NCBI GenBank assembly: GCA_947458785.1
Contig: CANGZU010000002.1
Coordinates: 1,770 to 65,769, forward strand
DNA from: Ignavibacteria bacterium
Lineage (GTDB): Bacteria; Bacteroidota; Ignavibacteria; Kapaibacteriales; Kapaibacteriaceae
Length of the DNA: 64,000 nucleotides
Reading direction: 5' to 3'
Position 1 is the stretch's first letter. Each line of letters opens with the position of its first letter. Shown piece by piece: positions 1 through 9,210 of the stretch. The notes under the pieces were generated by a model, which made no database searches, was not told the DNA's origin, and saw nothing but the letters and a program-made list of their open reading frames with translations. Both the position numbers and the translations under genes were made by a program.

Positions 1-1
1 A

Positions 2-376
2 TCGATCTTGGTTCGCGGACTAGAGAACAACAAGAGGTATTTCTGGCGTGTCCGCAGTGCCAACGCTGATGCAACGGGCGTTTATGGTGAGCGGAGTTCG
101 TTTGTAACAGGAGTTCTCACAAACGTTGCTGAACAGCGCGAGGGTGTAATCGTTGGACCCAATCCAATGTCGACCACATGTCGAGTTACATCTCCAGAAC
201 TCATTGGTAGTAAGATCCATATGTATACATCCGATGGCAAGCTGGTGCGCGCGATCGAGTCAGCAACACAAAGTCTCTTCATCGATGTTGCCGACCTTCC
301 AAACGGAGCCTACACGCTTGTGATTTCGCGCGGAGGTCGTACGATCGTGCACTACTCGCTGACCAAGATCCAGTGA
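2..376 (+). CDS. 3' fragment of a secreted protein ending in a T9SS (Por) C-terminal sorting domain; the 5' end lies outside the window
   Basis: The frame is open from the window edge. The last ~80 aa (VIVGPNPMSTTCRVTS...IHMYTSDGKLV...LPNGAYTLVISRGG) fit the T9SS CTD pattern seen in other proteins of this window. Confidence 0.7.
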   Translation, partial: SILVRGLENNKRYFWRVRSANADATGVYGERSSFVTGVLTNVAEQREGVIVGPNPMSTTCRVTSPELIGSKIHMYTSDGKLVRAIESATQSLFIDVADLPNGAYTLVISRGGRTIVHYSLTKIQ

Positions 377-2535
377 CGATAGAGTCTGTCGAAGAGCTTT
401 TCCGAGGTCTGAATCGCGATCCATTCATCAATGTAGCGGTGCCATGCTACATCGTCGCCAGCAAGTAACATGACCATCTGATTCGGGAGTTCACCACCGA
501 AGACGGAGAGTACGTCGGTCTTCGGGTACAACACGCTCCATGCAGAGCCTCCTTCAGCATTCCACAGCAAAGCATCATACGCGCTCGGTTCACCTTGTGC
601 AAAGAAGGACTGAACATCTGGTATGCGGACAAATGATACGGGAACAGGTGGTCCCGGTGACCCAAGATGTGTCTCGATCGCATCTTTGAGATCCGATGAC
701 GGAAGGTACCTGTCTGCAACGGCAATGCGAATCGGGCTATCAGGCTTCCGAAGCTCTGCACTCTGAACCTTTTGCACCATATCATGCCAAACAACAAGCG
801 CACGATGAATGGTCTGATACCCATTGCTCGTATGAATCCGTGCCGCCCGGTAGGCGTTTTCCTCAATACCTCCGAGGACTAGGTCAAGCTGCTCATTGGT
901 GAGCATCTGCTCAAGCACGTCGAGCGGTGCCTCGACGAGTTGAACACGCAGTTCACTGAAGTTGGCAATCGTCTGGGCTACGTCTACATCATATCCGATG
1001 AGCCTGCCTGTTTGCGAACGAAATGACCAAGGAACATCAAGAGTCTTGATGCCGATACGGATTGCCCCCCTCATGCGTATCGAGTCTAGACGTGCAGTCT
1101 GCCGAGGGAACTTGGCTTCCGATACCTCGTCAATAGAAGCAACTTTGACATGTGAAGTGATTGAGTTACGCACTTCTACAAGGGGCTTGCGCGACATCAA
1201 CACTTCGTTCTTCTTATACGAACCAGCAAGCGTGTTCGTTAGAAGTGCAAAAATGCCTAGCGTCATGAACGCGCCAAGTGACAGCGAGGTTGCAAGCGTG
1301 CTAAACAATCGTCGCTTGTTCAATCGAAGAGTTCCAGTTGTAACGCCAACGATACAGATCACAAGTACGATCAAACCAATCAATGAGAGTGTCTTCTCGG
1401 TACGATAGATCCACTCTGTGTTGAGAAAGAAGATGTTGAGCAGATTCTCTGGTAGTGATGCAGCTGCAAGCTCCTGTCGGACAACGGAACGAATGCCCCC
1501 TATCGAACCTGGGATTCCAGTAGCAAGCATATGCAGCTTTTGCATAATGGTGAAGGACCTATCGGCGTACCAACCCATGAATGGTACCATCATCAGCATG
1601 TATACTTGACCAAGTGTTGGGAGCGCAAAACCCACCGGGACTGCGGCACCGATCTGTTCATGCGTCGTAGATATAATGTCGGTATTACGGTCTTTGAACT
1701 TCTCCGTGAGAACGTCCTGGAGGCTTGCTACCAGGGTGGGCAGACTGATGATGAGATTCGATGTGCTTGCTGTGAGGATAAGGGGCGCTTTGATGATAGA
1801 CCAGAGCTCTTTCCATGTAAGAGTCGAGAAGCTCATGGTAAGGCCAATCACGGTGATGGCTAGGAGCATAGCACCGGTTAGGCCAATCACTGGTAGCGCA
1901 TGTAATCGTATGAGTTCATCAGTGTTGGCAGCAGACAACGTTGTGCTAACAAGTGAGAACACTGCTATTGGCGTCATCTTGAGCACAACCTTGTTGAGCT
2001 TGCGGAAGAGCTCACGAGCGCTGTTCATGGGCACCAGTAGAACATCGCGTTCCTTTATGCCCTGCAGAACAAGTCCCGCAAATGCGCTAAAGAGCACAAC
2101 GGCAGGGAAGTTGTCTTCGGCCATTGCCGTAAAGATGTTGAAGGGAAGAAACTTCTCGATCAGGTTCATCTGTGGCGGTTCTGCTAGCAGACTCGGGCTA
2201 AAGAAGTTCGATGATGTGAGAGGGGGCAGCCATGTTGGGACAATGATCACAGCGATGCTGGCAACGATCACTAGCAGAAGGAAGACGAGTCCACCAGTAC
2301 GCAGCAGAGTGCGCAGAGAATTGCTGCTAAGGCCACCCAAGGAACATGCTAGCTCGAGCATGATGAAGGGCATCGTGACCAATTGCGACGCTCGAATGAA
2401 GATCGTACCAACTACCGACCAATAGTCTGTATAGTGCGGAACAAGCCAAGAGGCAAGTATCCCAAGCATCAGGCCGAGTAGGCACTTGGCCCCAAAGGAT
2501 GTGGACTTCAATCGTTGTAACAAAACACTCATCAT
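352..2535 (-). CDS. Fusion membrane protein: DAACS (sodium:dicarboxylate symporter family)-like domain, one extra TM helix, then a family-3 periplasmic solute-binding domain
   Basis: 727 aa ORF. The N-terminal ~400 aa are polytopic with DAACS-like segments (FLPFNIFTAMAEDNFPAVVLFSAFAGLVLQ, TASTSNLIISLPT, FLNTEWIYRTEKTLSLIG). An extra hydrophobic helix (STLATSLSLGAFMTLGIFALL) follows. The C-terminal part reads like SBP_bac_3 (RLDSIRMRGAIRIGIKTLDVPWSFRSQTGRLIGYDVDVAQ...LDLVLGGI). Confidence 0.75.
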   Translation of the reverse strand: MMSVLLQRLKSTSFGAKCLLGLMLGILASWLVPHYTDYWSVVGTIFIRASQLVTMPFIMLELACSLGGLSSNSLRTLLRTGGLVFLLLVIVASIAVIIVPTWLPPLTSSNFFSPSLLAEPPQMNLIEKFLPFNIFTAMAEDNFPAVVLFSAFAGLVLQGIKERDVLLVPMNSARELFRKLNKVVLKMTPIAVFSLVSTTLSAANTDELIRLHALPVIGLTGAMLLAITVIGLTMSFSTLTWKELWSIIKAPLILTASTSNLIISLPTLVASLQDVLTEKFKDRNTDIISTTHEQIGAAVPVGFALPTLGQVYMLMMVPFMGWYADRSFTIMQKLHMLATGIPGSIGGIRSVVRQELAAASLPENLLNIFFLNTEWIYRTEKTLSLIGLIVLVICIVGVTTGTLRLNKRRLFSTLATSLSLGAFMTLGIFALLTNTLAGSYKKNEVLMSRKPLVEVRNSITSHVKVASIDEVSEAKFPRQTARLDSIRMRGAIRIGIKTLDVPWSFRSQTGRLIGYDVDVAQTIANFSELRVQLVEAPLDVLEQMLTNEQLDLVLGGIEENAYRAARIHTSNGYQTIHRALVVWHDMVQKVQSAELRKPDSPIRIAVADRYLPSSDLKDAIETHLGSPGPPVPVSFVRIPDVQSFFAQGEPSAYDALLWNAEGGSAWSVLYPKTDVLSVFGGELPNQMVMLLAGDDVAWHRYIDEWIAIQTSEKLFDRLYRHWILVSE

Positions 2536-2549
2536 GCGTAATCAAGCCT

Positions 2550-4754
2550 TTACAAGTAGTCGTCCGATTCAGATGGAATCGCCTGTATCCAGTGTTTGTG
2601 AAGTAAACTGAAGAGTCCACGTTGTGTTTCAGAGGCTATCCAAACATCAATGAATTCTTCGAATACATCATTATCGCCCGCTATCAGCATAACAAGTGAC
2701 GACGACAATTCACGTCCAAAGGTTGGGTACATTGTAAACTCGGGATGCAGAATGGCCAACGTTGCACCTGCCTCGGCTGTGGTCAGCATTGCGTCGATGC
2801 CGAGTTTGTGATGCGATGCTATGAACTCCTTGATCGAAGGGAGTCGTACAAAGCGAACATCAGCAGGTGCAGGCAGGTAACTCAGCTTTTTCGCTATAGC
2901 ATATCTCAGTGCGGACGTAAGGTCTACTTTATCTGGTACACCAATGATGAACGGACGCCCTAATGTACCTTCACGAGCCTTTGCAAGAGCTTGATAGTGC
3001 TTGTCCTCAACAAGGAATGCACCATGCACTGTCTGATAGCCAGCACTGATGTTGAGTCCACTGTGTAAAAGGGTGAAATCAGGAAGTTGGCCGATTGCAA
3101 TGTCAACACGTTCTGAGCCAACGAGGGTGTCGATGAGTTTCAATGGAGCAACGTAATATCTGATACTTACGTTCAGCGACTGAGCTAACGCTTGTACAAC
3201 GTCGATGTCATGTCCCAACAACGTACCATGTTCATCAAGTCGAGCATAGGGTAAACCAACCAAATTCACTGCAACCCGCACAAATCCACGCTTTCGAATA
3301 GAATCTAGTCGCACCGGCATAGGCGACAGATCTTGAAATGCAGAATCACGTGTATTGTAGACTCTTACCATTGTGGACTTCTGAAGCTCAGGTACTATTG
3401 GGCGTAGCCTAAGCAGAATGTCATCGTTGACATACGTGGACGACAGTGCACTCGCCAAGTAGGTTGGCACCAGCAATGACGAGGCAACGATTATCGTTGA
3501 CGCGCAGAAAAGCATGGCCCCAAGTCGAGTGTATCGAACGCGAAACGTCTTGTTATACATGGCCGCGAGAACCATTGCAAGTGCAAGCAGTCCTACAGCA
3601 GATAGCGACTTCTCAAGACGGGCTATCCATTCATAGTTCACACTTAGCACTTCCATAACATCGGGTGGTAAGTGTGACGCAACAACCTCTTTGCGTATAG
3701 CAATCGCGATGCCGCCGGTAACTGTCGGTATGGCAGTAATCAGCATCTTCAATCGTGATAGTAGATCCATCGGGCGATCGATATACCACGCCATGTAGGG
3801 CACAATAGAGACCATAAAGACTTGCCCAACAGACGGTAGGGCATAGCCGATGGAGATACTTGTACCAATCTGCTCAGATAGTGAATCGATGTGTTGAGCG
3901 TTTGAATGTGATTCTGACTTCAGGAGCGTTCGCAATGATTCAACGATCATTGGCAATGCAATGAACAAGCTCCCACTGCTGAAGGTAACAGCAATGGGCC
4001 CCCGTAATGCGCGTAGCACGTCTAACAGTCGCAATGATGTAAAACTGACCACGCCCCCTATCATCACGACAATCAGGGCCATTGCTCCACAGAGCGTAAC
4101 CACTGGCAGTGCATGTAGTTTGTACAACTCATTGAAGTCGATATCAGAGGTTGATACTATCGTCAATGCCAGCACTCCGAGAGGCATGACTCGTGCAATG
4201 TACCCGTTGAATCTGCTGATGACCGCGCGAAGCTGATCTAATGGGGCTAGCAATACACCCTTGCGTTCAACCTGCTGCAATAGAACCCCTGCAGCTAGGC
4301 TGACGATAACAATTGCTGGGTAGTTGTCCTCTGTTAACGCTTTGAAGATATTGAATGGAAAGAACGTATCGTAGAGGTTTCCTGATTCAGCAACATCGAG
4401 CATTGCTGGCGTGAAAAAACCAGATGTGACCATCTCTGGCAGTAACGATGGTGTATACAGGCATGCAATAGCAGCAATTGTTATCAGGGCAGCGATGGTC
4501 ATAGCTCCGGTTCGTACGACCACCCGTAGGCTCTGGTCAGACAGACTGCCAATTGAACAAAGCAGTTCCAGTATCATGTACGGCAATACGGCAAACGTAG
4601 AGATGCGAACAAAGATTGTAGCTGCTGGTTCAAAAAACGGGACAGACTCGGGAATACCAGAGGCAATGGCTAACCCAAGTAGTAGGGCTGCAACGCAACG
4701 ACCACTATTCGTGGTTGGCATCAATCTGTTTATCATTTGCGGTATTTGCACCAT
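2550..4754 (-). CDS. Paralogue of the downstream gene: DAACS-like domain, extra TM helix, family-3 solute-binding domain
   Basis: 734 aa ORF, colinear with 352..2535 (roughly 35-40% identity by eye) and with the same architecture (FFPFNIFKALTEDNYPAIVIVS; RLDSIRKRGFVRVAVNLVGLPYARLDEHGTLLGHDIDVVQ). By alignment to the paralogue the start may be the in-frame ATG at 4736 or 4721. Confidence 0.75.
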   Translation of the reverse strand: MVQIPQMINRLMPTTNSGRCVAALLLGLAIASGIPESVPFFEPAATIFVRISTFAVLPYMILELLCSIGSLSDQSLRVVVRTGAMTIAALITIAAIACLYTPSLLPEMVTSGFFTPAMLDVAESGNLYDTFFPFNIFKALTEDNYPAIVIVSLAAGVLLQQVERKGVLLAPLDQLRAVISRFNGYIARVMPLGVLALTIVSTSDIDFNELYKLHALPVVTLCGAMALIVVMIGGVVSFTSLRLLDVLRALRGPIAVTFSSGSLFIALPMIVESLRTLLKSESHSNAQHIDSLSEQIGTSISIGYALPSVGQVFMVSIVPYMAWYIDRPMDLLSRLKMLITAIPTVTGGIAIAIRKEVVASHLPPDVMEVLSVNYEWIARLEKSLSAVGLLALAMVLAAMYNKTFRVRYTRLGAMLFCASTIIVASSLLVPTYLASALSSTYVNDDILLRLRPIVPELQKSTMVRVYNTRDSAFQDLSPMPVRLDSIRKRGFVRVAVNLVGLPYARLDEHGTLLGHDIDVVQALAQSLNVSIRYYVAPLKLIDTLVGSERVDIAIGQLPDFTLLHSGLNISAGYQTVHGAFLVEDKHYQALAKAREGTLGRPFIIGVPDKVDLTSALRYAIAKKLSYLPAPADVRFVRLPSIKEFIASHHKLGIDAMLTTAEAGATLAILHPEFTMYPTFGRELSSSLVMLIAGDNDVFEEFIDVWIASETQRGLFSLLHKHWIQAIPSESDDYL

Positions 4755-4810
4755 CGCAATATCGCGAAAAGGATGTGTGCGGCGACGAACAATTGCCTGT
4801 AATTTCGTTG

Positions 4811-5500
4811 ATGAATCAGATTGCAGAAAATCTCAAGGCAGTGCACGAACGAATCGATCTGGCTTGCTCCTTGTATCATCGATTGCCGCAGAGCGTTCAA
4901 CTTATGCTGGCAACAAAGACACAAACCGATAACGTTCTTCGCTCAGCTTTTGAAGCAGGTGAAACTCTCTTTGGGGAGAATCGTGTCCAAGAACTTGTGC
5001 CAAAGACATCAGAGTTGGCAGATCTACCAATCACATGGCACTTCATTGGTCACCTCCAAACGAATAAGGTCAAGGACGTGGTTGGTCGTGCCAGTTGCAT
5101 TCAATCAGTAGATCGTCAGTCACTTGTCGAGGCAATCCATAACGAGTGCACAAAGAAGCAAAGAGTGATCGACGTCATGATCGAGGTGAATACGTCGTTT
5201 GAAGAAAGCAAACATGGACTTCATCCGGATAATGCACCAGCATTCGTCGAAATGATCTCCGCTTATTCGACCATGCGCGTAAGGGGCTTCATGACAATCG
5301 GAGCGAACGTCGATGATGAGATAACTGTTCGCAAAGGATTCGCCATGCTTCGCGAACTGCGTGATCTTAGTCTGAGCATTCTACCGCAGGCCACTGAGCT
5401 TTCTATGGGTATGTCACACGATCTTGAGTGGGCTATCGCCGAAGGTTCGACCATAGTGCGCGTGGGAAGTGCCGTATTTGGTCAGCGTCCTAGCGCATGA
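4811..5500 (+). CDS. yggS: YggS-family pyridoxal-phosphate homeostasis protein
   Basis: Motifs ENRVQEL, WHFIGHLQTNKVKDVV, GMSHDLEWAIAEGSTIVRVGSAVFG. The start is set at the internal ATG at 4811 (MNQIAENLKAV...), which gives a canonical ~229 aa length and avoids overlap with the divergent gene. Confidence 0.85.
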   Translation: MNQIAENLKAVHERIDLACSLYHRLPQSVQLMLATKTQTDNVLRSAFEAGETLFGENRVQELVPKTSELADLPITWHFIGHLQTNKVKDVVGRASCIQSVDRQSLVEAIHNECTKKQRVIDVMIEVNTSFEESKHGLHPDNAPAFVEMISAYSTMRVRGFMTIGANVDDEITVRKGFAMLRELRDLSLSILPQATELSMGMSHDLEWAIAEGSTIVRVGSAVFGQRPSA

Positions 5501-7064
5501 TCACAACCGGCACCGACGTTGCGCCCAATTCGGTCGATACACGAAGAGTGTATTTTCCCGCTGGCAGGTGGCTAACATCTACGTTCGAGTCTGAAAGTCC
5601 TTGCTGAACCATATGCGGCTGGGCGTCATGATAGACGCGGTTTCCTGAGACGTCAATCAGTTCAATAGTAGCAGTACGCTCCTGATCACTTTCGATGATC
5701 ATGCGAATGCGCTCACGACTGGGGTTGGGCACCACAGAAACGTCCAGGCCTTTGAGGAGCTCGCGCTCATGAACGGATGTCGGAATTGGTGTGTCCATAT
5801 CGATCGATTCATCACCCGGCTGATAGGGGAGCCAGTGAAAGTAGCACAGTAGCATTTCATCTGTTGTTCCCTCGCCCCATCGAACTTCTTTTGGCGGATT
5901 ATTGGGGTTGTTCAGATTATTGATCGTGTTGTCGTATGTAGCGATGTAGTGGAGTTTAGAGCCACGTGGGATACGAACAGGATTCTTGTACGTATAGCCC
6001 CCTTGCCAATGGAAGTCCCATTGATCGAGCTTGATGAGGTTGATCGTATCACCCTTGGGTGTTACAGCAAAAGCCCTGCAGTCGCGCCCTAGAAGGTGCA
6101 TATGCGGAGCGATTCCGAGCAAGCTGATCTCGAGTGGAGTGGTATACGATGTGGTAAAGATCGGTACCTTATTGGCTGGAATGATGAACTTCTGCCCAGC
6201 CACCAAGTTGTTGGGCGACATAGGGAACTCCTGCACCTGACGCACGTCGTCGTTTTCATGGAAGAATACGTTCACGTGTGATTGGTCGTACTGTTCTGTC
6301 GTTGAAGGGGCGTAATGCACTTGAATAATCAGATCAGAGTTCTTGTGCATCGTAGCGCCGATCGTGGGCGGATAGAATCGCGTCTGTGCGCCTGGAACCC
6401 ACCCGAGAAACGAGGCGGCAGATTCAAATCCTGGATCGCCAAAACCGGAATAACCGGGGAGCTGATCTTCCGCATCTTTCTTGCGCGCTGTAGCCGTTGT
6501 ATCGAGGAAGTAAAGCACGTGGTGAACTACGGCGGCATTTCCCGGACGGAATTCCAGCGCTTTGATGTGTCGATCACGCAGAAGATTTGTCGGCAGCACG
6601 AAGAACCGATAGACGTCGCGATTGTTTCCCCGAACGGTCCACCTTTCGCTCATGGTGAGTACCATATCGGGCTTGCCAAGCTGCGAACCACTCGGAAATG
6701 TTGGGAGCTTAGGAGCGGCTGCAAGATCGCCCGAAGGAGTATCTGCATCTACCCAGTCTGAGATTGTTTGAATTTCGTCTTCTGTGAGAGAACGATCCCC
6801 AACGAAACTACCATGACCCTTTACCGGAGGCCACGGTGGCATTTCCTTCTTCGTCACTGCCCGCTTGATAGAATATGCGAAGTCAACCGCCTGCTCATAC
6901 GATTCAAGTGTGAAAGGGGCTATCTCTCCGCTGCGGTGGCATGGAGTGCAATTCTTGTAGATGATCTTTGCGACGTTGGAAGACCATGTGGGCGCTGAAC
7001 CTTGTGCCAGTGCGGCAATGGCTGCGAACACAATTGTGAGACCTACAGTGAGAGTTTGCTTCAT
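5490..7064 (-). CDS. Secreted fusion: c-type cytochrome domain, PHM/DBH-like copper type II monooxygenase domain, T9SS C-terminal sorting domain
   Basis: Signal peptide (MKQTLTVGLTIVFAAIAALAQG). CTPCH haem c motif with a downstream KKEMPPWPP. Candidate Cu ligands: VVHHVLYF, VHYAP, APHMHLLGR, TTDEMLLCYFHW. CTD-like tail (VVPNPSRERIRMII...GKYTLRVSTE). Confidence 0.7.
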   Translation of the reverse strand: MKQTLTVGLTIVFAAIAALAQGSAPTWSSNVAKIIYKNCTPCHRSGEIAPFTLESYEQAVDFAYSIKRAVTKKEMPPWPPVKGHGSFVGDRSLTEDEIQTISDWVDADTPSGDLAAAPKLPTFPSGSQLGKPDMVLTMSERWTVRGNNRDVYRFFVLPTNLLRDRHIKALEFRPGNAAVVHHVLYFLDTTATARKKDAEDQLPGYSGFGDPGFESAASFLGWVPGAQTRFYPPTIGATMHKNSDLIIQVHYAPSTTEQYDQSHVNVFFHENDDVRQVQEFPMSPNNLVAGQKFIIPANKVPIFTTSYTTPLEISLLGIAPHMHLLGRDCRAFAVTPKGDTINLIKLDQWDFHWQGGYTYKNPVRIPRGSKLHYIATYDNTINNLNNPNNPPKEVRWGEGTTDEMLLCYFHWLPYQPGDESIDMDTPIPTSVHERELLKGLDVSVVPNPSRERIRMIIESDQERTATIELIDVSGNRVYHDAQPHMVQQGLSDSNVDVSHLPAGKYTLRVSTELGATSVPVVIMR

Positions 7065-7126
7065 GATTGCACGCTTACGTTGGATGATCCGCTCTTGGAT
7101 GCTCGTGCAATATGCAGGGTTTAAGG

Positions 7127-8020
7127 CTATTTAAACACCATCACTTTGAAGACGGCAGATGCCGGATCCTTGTCGGCATTATCGTAGTTGTTGAATCGAA
7201 TGGTTACAGTGTTTGCAGCTGACACCCATGCCGTGTAGCACGTGTTCACTAACACGGCTGCATTCGGAACGCCCAGAGATACAGCGTCGCCCGAGGCCGC
7301 TCCCGTAATAGTAACCGTTAAGTCAGATGAGTTGCGTGTAGCAGTTATCGGGAAGTTCAGTGTTGCCGTTGCAACGGCCATTTGACGCCAGGACATGGTA
7401 CCCGATGACGATACCTCCAGCACACCTCCGCCGAGTTGGGTTCCACTTGCTGCTTCAGAAGGCTTACTCGTTGGCCAATTGTAGGTCACGCTTCGTATTG
7501 TTGAAAGGTCGCCATTGGCGCCGATCACCAACTGCTGACTGCCACTGCTGTTCTGTACCTCTAATAGGTTTGCAGTAGCGCTTGCTGCCCCTCGAATGAT
7601 GAGGCCCTTTTCAGACGCGCTGGAAGTATTGAGTTGGAATCGACCATCAGGAGATGTTGTGCCCACGCCAAGTGTCGCACCATTGTCATAAAGGATACTA
7701 GTTCCAAGTCCAGTGGCTGAAGTGTATTTCGTAAGGTAGTTGGCGGTGCCATTGATAGTTGCGCCATTGAGCAGAGCAATCCAGCTAAGCCCGCCGGATC
7801 CGTCGTTTGAGAGTACCGATCCAGCTAAACCTTGTGCCGAAGGAAGTGTGAGCGAATACGTCGAATCGAGCGTTGGAGCAAGAAGTTGCACCACCTTACC
7901 ATTGCCGTTGTGTTGAATGTTCAGTTGTCGTGTGAGCAGCGGCAATTGAGCGTGTACCTGCACCGAGAGCAAAATGCACCCTATTGTCGTCAACGCACAC
8001 AGATACGATATGTGATTCAT
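7127..8020 (-). CDS. Secreted tail-fibre-like protein (paralogue family member 1), function unknown
   Basis: Signal peptide ending VHAQ. The N-terminal ~70 aa align with the protein at 8095..9180 (AQLPLLTRQLNIQ...YSLTLPSAQGLAGSVLSNDGSGGLSWIA versus AQLPFESREIKLQ...YTITLPNAVGSTGSLLYSNTTTGGLTWTG). No T9SS tail is recognisable. Confidence 0.6.
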   Translation of the reverse strand: MNHISYLCALTTIGCILLSVQVHAQLPLLTRQLNIQHNGNGKVVQLLAPTLDSTYSLTLPSAQGLAGSVLSNDGSGGLSWIALLNGATINGTANYLTKYTSATGLGTSILYDNGATLGVGTTSPDGRFQLNTSSASEKGLIIRGAASATANLLEVQNSSGSQQLVIGANGDLSTIRSVTYNWPTSKPSEAASGTQLGGGVLEVSSSGTMSWRQMAVATATLNFPITATRNSSDLTVTITGAASGDAVSLGVPNAAVLVNTCYTAWVSAANTVTIRFNNYDNADKDPASAVFKVMVFK

Positions 8021-8094
8021 GTTCTTCGATCCCTGGTGATGTATTGTCGGTGCACCTCACTCCGGCGCAATGCCGGAGTAAGCAGAACCGATGT

Positions 8095-9180
8095 TTACTG
8101 AGCTGCGAGAACCATGTAGCTAAACTTGCCACTGTATGCACCAGAGAACGTGACGGTGAAGCCTGTTCCAGGAGTGCGTGAAGTAACTGTTGCGGTTACT
8201 GATGTACTTCCTTCAAGTGTAACAAGAATTGCATCAGTTGCCGTCAGTGTTGTTAAACCGGTAACAGTGTGTGATGTTGCACCGGCAGCCGTTGTTACGA
8301 GTGCAACACTACGAATACCAATTGCGCTATTGATGCTTTGCCACTCTGGCGTTGCGCCTGTTCCCTTAGATACAAGTACGTTGCCAATGGATCCGGCAGC
8401 ACCATTCATTTGTAGTTCACGAGTAGTACCGACAAGATTAACGTTGCCAGTAACATCAAGATCGCCTGTCATATTCACGTCTCCAGTATGACCCAGCGTA
8501 CCAACTGTTGTGATGGTGCCACCGGTTCTACCGATAGTTACCGTTCCTGCAGTGGTGCCAGTACCGATGTTCGTAGCAAATGTGCCAGTCGATGTATTGA
8601 TGTTCGTTGCCCCGGTGAGGTTGGAGGTACCCAGGAGGTTGACAGTGTTGCCGTCTTTACCGATGTTGGTTGTAGCACCAGCATTGGTCCCATCATTGAT
8701 GCCAATGACGCCACTACCTGTGATGGACATACGCTCCAAGTTGTTCGTGATGATACTTATGCCCTGATTCGTTGAAGAACCGAGAACACCAGTAGCACCG
8801 AGAGCATTGCCCGTAAGAGACCAGTTCGGGTTGTCGGCACCTGCAGGGTCTACCCATTCGATTGCAGTCCCGTTCCAACGGAGCGAGTATCCCGTTCCGC
8901 CCGGAGCACCAGTCCATGTCAGACCACCTGTTGTTGTGTTGCTATACAGCAAAGAACCGGTGCTACCCACGGCATTAGGAAGCGTGATGGTGTATGGCGT
9001 GGTTACGGTTGAAGGAGCTACGATTGACAGAGATCCGGCTGCCGAACCCTGCAACTTGATCTCTCGTGATTCGAAAGGCAGCTGAGCGAAGGATTCATAC
9101 GGTACCGTAATGAGGACCGCAAGAGTAAGAGCGACACGTAGGCGTGTCAAGATTGTGGTTATGCGCATGTGCATCTCCAA
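8095..9180 (-). CDS. Secreted Gly/Thr-rich repeat, tail-fibre-like protein (paralogue family member 2)
   Basis: Signal peptide. The N-terminal module is shared with 7127..8020. The central part is degenerate G/T/N repeats (GTSNLTGATNINTSTGTFATNIGTGTTAGTVTIGRTGGTITTVG...). It contains the motif LQMNGAAGSIGNVLVSKGTGATPEWQS. Confidence 0.6.
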   Translation of the reverse strand: MEMHMRITTILTRLRVALTLAVLITVPYESFAQLPFESREIKLQGSAAGSLSIVAPSTVTTPYTITLPNAVGSTGSLLYSNTTTGGLTWTGAPGGTGYSLRWNGTAIEWVDPAGADNPNWSLTGNALGATGVLGSSTNQGISIITNNLERMSITGSGVIGINDGTNAGATTNIGKDGNTVNLLGTSNLTGATNINTSTGTFATNIGTGTTAGTVTIGRTGGTITTVGTLGHTGDVNMTGDLDVTGNVNLVGTTRELQMNGAAGSIGNVLVSKGTGATPEWQSINSAIGIRSVALVTTAAGATSHTVTGLTTLTATDAILVTLEGSTSVTATVTSRTPGTGFTVTFSGAYSGKFSYMVLAAQ

Positions 9181-9210
9181 TAAAGGTGGTGAATGAGAAT
9201 GTGCGGATGT

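Noticed and set aside
1676-2425. Long antisense ORFs inside confidently called genes. Examples: 962..1408, 1676..2425, 4411..4932, 23000..23563, 26155..26634, 33358..33924, 35713..36156, 47703..48221, 54261..54773, 60577..61098.
   Set aside because: Each lies fully within, and antisense to, a gene with strong family motifs. The translations are R/S/C-rich low-complexity sequences typical of shadow ORFs in a moderately GC-rich genome.
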